IMG/VR virus record: IMGVR_UViG_3300035670_000138
Coordinates: 64,001-76,727 of that record
Length of the DNA stretch: 12,727 nt
Source: a virus
Lineage: Duplodnaviria; Heunggongvirae; Uroviricota; Caudoviricetes
Strand: one strand, 5' to 3'
The notes beneath the pieces were generated by a model. It was not told the origin of the DNA. It did not search any database and was given only the letters and a program-made list of their open reading frames with translations. The position numbers were made by a program, and so were the translations under genes. Each line of letters starts with the position of its first letter. The first letter of the stretch is position 1. Below are positions 12,581 to 12,727 of the stretch, piece by piece.

Positions 12581-12727
12581 GGGTAACTTAGATATATGAA
12601 TGTCAAGTTAAATTATCTAAATTGTAATATTTATATGGGGGTAATAGTACTAGATTAATACTATAGTTAGTCAGGGGTACTAAATAAAATAGTTATATAG
12701 GGCTAAAAGGGGCTAGAATTGATTAAG

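Noticed and set aside
12596-12658. 20-aa ORF MNVKLNYLNCNIYMGVIVLD
   Set aside because: No SD, very short, and within a promoter/repeat-rich non-coding block.

Overview
AT-rich (roughly 30% GC by eye) fragment of a tailed dsDNA phage (Caudoviricetes) under the standard genetic code; host and family cannot be assigned from the sequence. Bases 1-6486 (minus strand) are a late head/packaging operon: six small genes, terminase large subunit, portal, a small basic protein and a probable scaffolding protein that runs off the window. A divergent control region (6500-6880) holds back-to-back sigma70 promoters and a 50%-GC structured ncRNA candidate. Bases 6883-10518 (plus strand) are a dense run of small genes, nine of which share an unrecognised ~25-aa module (YPNTxIFxxLYPxGxE). 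Two non-coding blocks (10540-11280, 12340-12727) carry a cluster of sigma54-type -24/-12 boxes, GAATATCCG repeats and convergent sigma70 promoters. They flank a four-gene early-type operon whose gene junctions share one stereotyped sequence. Eight real-looking ORFs are missing from the supplied track (1-750, 5484-5636, 5911-6090, 6883-7035, 7946-8041, 10019-10195, 11286-11357, 11837-11992).
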